From NCBI GenBank assembly GCA_963834015.1, contig CAWIAG010000004.1, positions 1,749,926-1,813,925 of the forward strand: a stretch of 64,000 bases of DNA, written 5' to 3'. Made by a program: the position numbers and the translations under genes. The first letter of the stretch is position 1, and each line of letters starts with the position of its first letter. The notes under the pieces were generated by a model that ran no database searches, was not told the origin of the DNA, and saw only the letters and a program-made list of their open reading frames with translations. This document shows positions 58,303-64,000 of this stretch, one piece after another. The stretch is from an uncultured Ignavibacteriales bacterium. GTDB taxonomy: Bacteria; Bacteroidota; Ignavibacteria; Ignavibacteriales; Ignavibacteriaceae.

Positions 58303-59105
58303 TGAGTTTGAACCAGACAAGGGACAGATATGAAAGCATAAACAAAAGGAACTTTCATAATGCGATAATAAATTTATTAGAGAATGAATACAAACTGCTG
58401 GGTTCAAGAAAAGTGTTGGAGATGTTGGCCGATGATATAGGGGATCTTCATAGAGAATATTACCCTGGAAAAAATCAAGTAGGATTTGGAGAGATAGTAT
58501 TCACAACAACAAAAGACGATGGACAAAGGCAGAGCTATGGCAAGAAGACGGAAGATTATGCAACAATAACATTAGCTTTGCCATTGATAACGAAGGAAGA
58601 TGTAGAAAGAAGGATATATTTTAAGAAAGGCGACAGAAATAGTAATTATCGACATAGAGAAGCCAGAGACATAGAAACCATGGTAAGATTATTAAAGAGT
58701 GCAAAAACTCAAGGAGGACTATTAAGTGGGGCCGAGTTGAGTATGCTGATGAATCGGAGCTTAAGTACTATACGGAAATACCTGGATGCATATAGAGAGA
58801 AGACGGGAGAGATATTACCATTAAAAGGATATGTATTAGATCAAGGGAGTTTGCCTACGCACAAAGGAATAATAGTCAGTTTGTACGAGCAAGGAATTTC
58901 ACCGGCAGACATAGTACTAAAGACCGGTCACAGTCAGGATGCAGTAGACAGATATATTAAGCATTATGAACAAGTAAAGAAACTGATAAGAAAAGGATTG
59001 ACGGAAGAATCAATACAAGAAATAACAGGCAGGTCGATGAAAGTTATTAAAGAATATATTAAGTTGTACAAAGATCTTAATCCTGTAAGTGAACTGAATA
59101 AGTAA
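58302..59105 (+). CDS. Multi-HTH protein B (267 aa), paralog of protein A
   Basis: The TAATG stop/start overlap indicates translational coupling. It is colinear with A: GGLLSGAELSMLMNRSLSTIRKYLDAYREKTG, ..PTHKGIIVSLYEQGISPADIVLKTGHSQDAVDRYIKHYEQV and LTEESIQEITGRSMKVIKEYIKLY. Confidence 0.7.
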   Translation: MSLNQTRDRYESINKRNFHNAIINLLENEYKLLGSRKVLEMLADDIGDLHREYYPGKNQVGFGEIVFTTTKDDGQRQSYGKKTEDYATITLALPLITKEDVERRIYFKKGDRNSNYRHREARDIETMVRLLKSAKTQGGLLSGAELSMLMNRSLSTIRKYLDAYREKTGEILPLKGYVLDQGSLPTHKGIIVSLYEQGISPADIVLKTGHSQDAVDRYIKHYEQVKKLIRKGLTEESIQEITGRSMKVIKEYIKLYKDLNPVSELNK

Positions 59106-59624
59106 AAAAATACCAGGCGACAAATGTCGTAATAGTAAATAACCAATTATGTGAGGCCATTTTATATGTTTAAAGTTGGAGAGTTGGGGCATGCCCCGGC
59201 TTTACAACACTACAAAATCCTTAAAGGTGATCCTCACATTTAATAATTTTTATTAGCCATTCAATATTATAAGCCATTTAAATCCCAAAAGAGTTTACCC
59301 ATTAAAAAAAACTGGGGATATGACGGCGCGCAATGATTAATTTAGGGCGTTTTTTATTGACCTACTAAATAATAGTTTACTAGTTAATTTCATTCCCGGT
59401 AAATGAATAAAACATTTCTGCACAGGCATTATTACCGGATTATTTGAACCGTATCAGGGATTTTGCTGGAGAAAAATTTCATCTGAACCTATGACTTATT
59501 ACTCCGTTCATTTATCTGAACTAATATCTCCTCCGGTATACTCTCATTTTAGAGAGAATGATTCAAAAGTAGTTCGAATAATATAAGAGTTAATACGTAT
59601 TAGAATATTGTTTTAAGCGAGGTA

Positions 59625-62600
59625 ATGATGCTGCGAAAATTACTGATTAGTATAATATTTTCCGGAATAGTGCTTGTTGGGCAAACGATAAAAGATATAA
59701 AATATGTACCGGGAGAAATTATTATCAAATATGAAAAGACAGGGCAAAGCGCAAGGGGCTCAGATATAATAACCGAACATCAAAATTTCGTAGATAATTT
59801 AAAACTCAGTATGAAGGAGTTGAAAATTAATAGTTACTCACCTGTATTTAAAAGTATAGTCGAAGAAATGACCGAAAAAAATCTTACCGAAAAAGAAGTT
59901 ATTCAGCATAAAACGTTAAACAGAAAAAACATTATCACATTATCACGAATTAAAAAAACAACCTTTTCCAATATCCTGCTTCTTAAAATTGATCCGGCAG
60001 TGGATATTAAGGAAGCGGCGTTAAGTTTAATTAATAATCCCGATATGCTGGCATCACAGGGAATCAGGATAGTTTATGCCGAACCAAATTATTTAAAAAG
60101 AACAAGCATAACCCCGAATGACCCGTTATATACGCAACAATGGTCCCACCGTATAACTAATATAGAGAAGGCATGGGATACAACAGAAGGGAGCCCAAAT
60201 ATTAAGATAGCTATAATTGATACAGGGGTAGACCCGGCACATCCTGATTTAATGGCCAACTTAATTACGGGACATAATTTTGTTGACATAGATACAAACT
60301 ATTATAAATTATTTGCCACTCTGCTGCAGGGAGAAATTTATACACAGCCGGGAACTAATTGTACTGATTACAACGGCCATGGAACACATTGCGCAGGTAT
60401 TGCTGCTGCAGTGGGCAACAATGGAATCGGCGTCATCGGAGCGGCACCAAATTGTAAAATCATGCCGGTAAGAGCAGGCTTCAGCATTCTGGTTGACGAC
60501 CAGGAATACGGCGTTCTGGAAACCGCTACTGTTGTTCAGGCAATAAATTATGCAGTATATAACGGTGCAAATGTAATAAGCATGAGTTTCGGAGGGGATA
60601 GTTCAAGCCTTGAAGAGGAAACAATTCAGAATGCTTATTATAATAATGTAGTGCTTGTAGCCGCTGCCGGTAATAATGATTTTGCAGCAAAACAATATCC
60701 GGGAGGATATAATGAAGTACTTGCAATTACATCTATAGATTCGATTCAAAACTGGTCGACATTTTCTAATTACGGATTATGGACTGCAATTGCCGCGCCA
60801 GGTGAAAATATTGAATCGACAGTACCGTTAAAAGGCGGAGCTATATGCGATAGTACGGGTTACAGGGTATTATCCGGAACGTCAATGGCAACTCCGTATA
60901 TTGCGGGTGTTGCCGCATTAGTGTTATCACATGACTCTTCGATGTCCAATAATTTGGTTTATCAAACACTCCGGAGTTCTGTAAACCCGGCATACTCAAG
61001 TCCTTATTATATAGGTACAGGAATAATTGACGGATCAAAATTATTTTCCGGATCGATAGCCTGCATATCGAAAATTACTGCGCCGGATAATATTAGTAAT
61101 TTATATATAGTTAATGGAAACATAAACATTTCAGGAAGGGCTTCGGGAAAATTATTCAGTAATTATACCTTTGAATATTCTGATTATCAAAGAGTTACTC
61201 CTGATTGGCAGCCCACCGGGCAAACTTTTTCTACACCAGTAGACAGCGGTTTATTAGGGACCGTTAAAATAACTCAAAACGGGATTTATTATATAAGGCT
61301 AAAGGTTACCAGCACTAATAATCTAGTATACAGCGATATTATCGGACCTGTTACAATAGATACCCGGCTAAAAGCAAACTGGTCTGTTTCAACCGGGGCT
61401 CCAGTAAGTTCTTCACCGGTTTTATGCGATATTGACGGGGATGGAAATGTTGAGACAATATTTACCAGTTCCAACGGCGGTATATATGTATTATACCAGT
61501 ACGGCAATAATAAACCCGGCTGGCCTGTGTTTACTTCGAATATTTATTACGGCAGGTCTGTTTTGGGTAGTTGCAGCCCTACCGTAGGCGACCTGGATAA
61601 TAACGGAAAAAAAGAGATAGTAGTGAGGGACGGCAGGTACATTTACGTATATAATTCAGATGGTTCACTCAGGAGCCCGTGGCCTATAGATTTATCGGGA
61701 GATTCATTGGGTTATATTAGTGGAAATGCTTTGTACGGCTCACCTGCAATTACAGATCTTAATAATGACGGTTATAAAGAAATAATTGTAACATATCTTG
61801 ACGGCAATATATTTGCTTTCGATAGATTTGGGAAGGCTGTACACGGTTACCCGGTAAGAGTGCCGACAAAATATATGTGGGCTACTGTATATTCAACGCC
61901 TGTAGTTTCGGATTTAAATGGGGACGGCAAAATTGATGTAATAATTCAAAGCTGTGAAGCTTCGACATCCATTTCTAAAGGATATATATATGTTTTTGAC
62001 CGGTGGGGAAATGTGCTGCCCGGCTGGCCGGAACAATTTGGGCTGGGTTCGGTTAATTCCCCCATCACTGTAGATTTAAATAATGATGGAAAAAACGAAA
62101 TAATTGCTTCCTCATTTTTAAGAGCTGATTCAGCAAATAGTTTAGGTTATTTCGGTATTTATGCTTTTAATAGTGAAGGCAATGTGTTAACAGGTTTTCC
62201 CGTACTACTCACAGATTCTGTATCGGGGTATTATAATCTGAGCGGGGGGATTTCAGCAGGGGATATAAATAACGACGGTTATAAAGAAATTTTAGTTGCC
62301 GGCAGCGGGGGTAAGTATTCTTTATGGGCCATAAACAGGTACGGAAAAATACTATGGAGTTCACTTCCAAGTGAACCGGGTGAATATAATTCCGGCTCGG
62401 TTCCCGTTATTGCAGATATCAATAATAACGGAACTCCCGAGATATTAGTTTCAAAATACAATCAAAATAATCAGACCGGTAAAATATTGGTAGTTAATAA
62501 CACCGGACAGATAATGGAAAGCCTTTCCTGTGTGATCCCGGAATTTCTGTTTGCTTCACCATCCATCGGTGATATTGAAGGGAATCATAAACTGGAATTA

Positions 62601-63053
62601 ATAACCGGGTCAGCAAGCGGAAACCTCTATTGCTGGGAATTGGGTTCCCCTTATGATTCTTCAATGTTAATCTGGCCCACATATCAGCAGAATTACCAGC
62701 GGACTGGCGGTTTTGGGGTGCAGACCAATGTACCAACGGCTATAGCCGCCGGCAATAATAGTAAATTACCTGCTGAATATTCAATCCGGCAGAATTACCC
62801 TAACCCGTTTAACCCTGCGACGGTAGTAGAATATGGATTGCCGGTACAAAGCCGTGTAAAGATAGTTGTTTATAATATATTGGGTGAATTTGTAAAAGAA
62901 ATTGTTAATTCGGTGCAAGGTGCTGGTTATTATAATGTAAACTTCGAAGGAGGTAATCTTAGTTCGGGAGTTTATTTATATAAAATAGATGCAAAAGCCG
63001 TTAATGGTTCAAGAGAATTCACGCAAATAAAGAAAATGATGCTTCTAAAATAA
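59625..63053 (+). CDS. S8 subtilisin-like protease, FG-GAP/VCBS-type propeller and T9SS C-terminal domain (paralog 2, 1142 aa)
   Basis: By eye about three quarters identical to paralog 1 over the protease and propeller. Same triad contexts (IDTGVD, HGTHCAG, SGTSMATP). It lacks the Fn3-like insert of about 400 aa. C-terminus NYPNPFNPATVVEYGLPVQSRVKIVVYNILGE. Confidence 0.9.
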   Translation: MMLRKLLISIIFSGIVLVGQTIKDIKYVPGEIIIKYEKTGQSARGSDIITEHQNFVDNLKLSMKELKINSYSPVFKSIVEEMTEKNLTEKEVIQHKTLNRKNIITLSRIKKTTFSNILLLKIDPAVDIKEAALSLINNPDMLASQGIRIVYAEPNYLKRTSITPNDPLYTQQWSHRITNIEKAWDTTEGSPNIKIAIIDTGVDPAHPDLMANLITGHNFVDIDTNYYKLFATLLQGEIYTQPGTNCTDYNGHGTHCAGIAAAVGNNGIGVIGAAPNCKIMPVRAGFSILVDDQEYGVLETATVVQAINYAVYNGANVISMSFGGDSSSLEEETIQNAYYNNVVLVAAAGNNDFAAKQYPGGYNEVLAITSIDSIQNWSTFSNYGLWTAIAAPGENIESTVPLKGGAICDSTGYRVLSGTSMATPYIAGVAALVLSHDSSMSNNLVYQTLRSSVNPAYSSPYYIGTGIIDGSKLFSGSIACISKITAPDNISNLYIVNGNINISGRASGKLFSNYTFEYSDYQRVTPDWQPTGQTFSTPVDSGLLGTVKITQNGIYYIRLKVTSTNNLVYSDIIGPVTIDTRLKANWSVSTGAPVSSSPVLCDIDGDGNVETIFTSSNGGIYVLYQYGNNKPGWPVFTSNIYYGRSVLGSCSPTVGDLDNNGKKEIVVRDGRYIYVYNSDGSLRSPWPIDLSGDSLGYISGNALYGSPAITDLNNDGYKEIIVTYLDGNIFAFDRFGKAVHGYPVRVPTKYMWATVYSTPVVSDLNGDGKIDVIIQSCEASTSISKGYIYVFDRWGNVLPGWPEQFGLGSVNSPITVDLNNDGKNEIIASSFLRADSANSLGYFGIYAFNSEGNVLTGFPVLLTDSVSGYYNLSGGISAGDINNDGYKEILVAGSGGKYSLWAINRYGKILWSSLPSEPGEYNSGSVPVIADINNNGTPEILVSKYNQNNQTGKILVVNNTGQIMESLSCVIPEFLFASPSIGDIEGNHKLELITGSASGNLYCWELGSPYDSSMLIWPTYQQNYQRTGGFGVQTNVPTAIAAGNNSKLPAEYSIRQNYPNPFNPATVVEYGLPVQSRVKIVVYNILGEFVKEIVNSVQGAGYYNVNFEGGNLSSGVYLYKIDAKAVNGSREFTQIKKMMLLK

Positions 63054-63131
63054 TGCTCGTCCACTTGAGCCTTACTCCAGAGGTGAGCCTCACGTATAGT
63101 AACTAAAATTAAACGGTAATTTAATTATTTT

Positions 63132-63165
63132 ATCCGGAACGGATCACACGTTCCGGATTTTTATT
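63132..63165 (+). terminator. Rho-independent terminator after protease paralog 2
   Basis: atccggaacg (63132-63141), loop gatcaca, cgttccggat (63149-63158), then tttttatt. Confidence 0.8.
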
Positions 63166-63311
63166 ATATCTAGATATCTTGCTCTTGTACAAATTAATAT
63201 CAAAAATAGATGACTTTGTGCTAAGTATTTTCTTGCTTCATGTATCCGTTTTTGCTTTATTTTGTATGCTAAAAATTAAAAAACTACGAATTGGTATAAA
63301 TGGGAGTATTT

Positions 63312-64000
63312 ATGGATGTAAATATTTTTTCTAAGGATGTTTTGGATGAAGCAAGTTCACTAAAAATCCTCAAAAAAAATTTAAAAGGGCGGAAACTAAT
63401 TGAGGGAATAACAATAGACGGACCGGATTCGCTTGACCTGGACGATGCTATTCAACTGGATTATACGGGTGACGGTTATGTCCTTCATGTATCAATTGCG
63501 GATGTTTCAGCTTTTATTAGGCCCGGTTCCGGGTTATTCAATGAAGCAATTAAGCGCACTATGACGCGTTACCTGAGCGATGGAAATATCCCGATGCTGC
63601 CCGAAATTATTTCGGAAGGAAAACTTAGCCTGTTGGAAAATGAAGTAAGACCGGCGCTCACATTTTCAATTACACTGACGCCCGACCTTGAGCTAGACCA
63701 GCTTACTATAAAGGAAACAATATTTAAAAACCGGAGAAGACTTAACTATACTCAAGTCGATTATATAATCGATTCATGCCCCGATGATCCCGATTACCGG
63801 ATGCTAAACGACTGTTATATTCTTGCAAGAAGATTGATGGACAAAAGAAGACAATCCGGAGCATTAGTCATTTTTGATTTACAGCGGCTGCTATTCACCA
63901 ATGAAGACGGTCAGTTAATGCAGATGAAATCTGAAGATGCACATAAATCCAATATAATTATCCAGGAGTTTATGATATTGACGAACGCCGCTGTTGCAGA
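63312..64000 (+). CDS. RNB-domain exoribonuclease (RNase II/R family), 3' end runs off the window
   Basis: Not in the ORF track; I translated it myself and found no stop before nt 64000. IDGPDSLDLDDAIQL, HVSIADVSAFI, TRYLSDGNIPMLPEIISEGKLSL and QEFMILTNAAVA are RNB motifs. The SD gggag lies upstream. Confidence 0.85.
   Translation, partial: MDVNIFSKDVLDEASSLKILKKNLKGRKLIEGITIDGPDSLDLDDAIQLDYTGDGYVLHVSIADVSAFIRPGSGLFNEAIKRTMTRYLSDGNIPMLPEIISEGKLSLLENEVRPALTFSITLTPDLELDQLTIKETIFKNRRRLNYTQVDYIIDSCPDDPDYRMLNDCYILARRLMDKRRQSGALVIFDLQRLLFTNEDGQLMQMKSEDAHKSNIIIQEFMILTNAAVA

Larger units (their letters stand above)
57405..59128 (+). mobile_element. Candidate inserted cassette bounded by the identical 12-mer cgacaaatgtcg
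   Basis: The 12-mer occurs at 57405-57416 (starting on the first base after the paralog-1 stop codon, 57402-57404) and at 59117-59128. The two ORFs inside are strongly purine-skewed with A-ending codons, unlike the neighbours. No recognisable transposase or integrase is present. Confidence 0.35.

Noticed and set aside
57405-59128. The two 12-mers as mere leftovers of the tandem gene duplication (a shared 3' UTR).
   Set aside because: The sequence following the paralog 2 stop (63054 onward: tgctcgtccacttgagcc...) shows no similarity to either 12-mer context, so the repeat belongs to the cassette borders and not to the duplicated unit.
1-64000. tRNA, rRNA, tmRNA, riboswitch or integrase/transposase genes.
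   Set aside because: Scanning by eye, I found no T-loop/acceptor-type sequences, no rRNA-like blocks, no riboswitch I can recognise, and no recombinase or transposase motifs in any listed ORF. An Infernal/tRNAscan run would be needed to exclude small RNAs.

Overview
64-kb chromosomal window from an AT-rich bacterium that uses Shine-Dalgarno sites. Two proteins end in T9SS-type C-terminal sorting domains (..NPFNP..VYNILGE..YFYKIDAK..), which suggests the FCB group, possibly Ignavibacteriota-like; that taxonomic guess is inference only. I found no rRNA, tRNA or CRISPR. I call about 40 CDS.

Layout:
- 1-2.4 kb: NupG-like MFS transporter (truncated by the window edge) and a Gfo/Idh/MocA oxidoreductase.
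- 2.4-9.6 kb: repeat-dense accessory stretch with a GH30 hydrolase, an orphan antitoxin-like gene, brnTA, a nitroreductase and an MNT/HEPN-like pair. Intergenic DNA here is filled with 10-13 bp periodic 'acgaatt' arrays and mosaic hairpin modules.
- 9.6-27.8 kb: glycan-utilisation island. It holds GH78, a heptose-kinase-like/HAD fusion, a TAT-exported Gfo/Idh/MocA enzyme, GH92, a beta-helix protein, a FucP-like permease, a PfkB kinase, a lyxose/mannose-isomerase cupin, a ROK kinase, a decayed GH2 relic and a tandem-DUF1080 protein.
- 28-38 kb: DUF4395 protein, an alkaline-phosphatase-superfamily enzyme, a flotillin, a glycyl-radical enzyme with its activase, and a TAT-exported six-hairpin protein.
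- 39-52 kb: a hybrid histidine kinase; an operon of sensor kinase, LysM/FecR-like protein and a 1592-aa multi-PKD protein, with a divergent NarL-type regulator; and an esterase.
- 52.8-63 kb: two tandem paralogous S8 protease / FG-GAP propeller / T9SS proteins.
- 63.3 kb to the end: a partial RNB ribonuclease.

The candidate I rate highest sits between the two protease paralogs. It is a purine-skewed, compositionally foreign two-gene cassette of paralogous triple-HTH proteins, bracketed by an identical near-palindromic 12-mer. Other leads are an atypical orphan glycyl-radical enzyme, the kinase-HAD fusion, the kinase/FecR/PKD module and the periodic intergenic repeat families.

All family calls come from motif recognition by eye. 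No searches were run.
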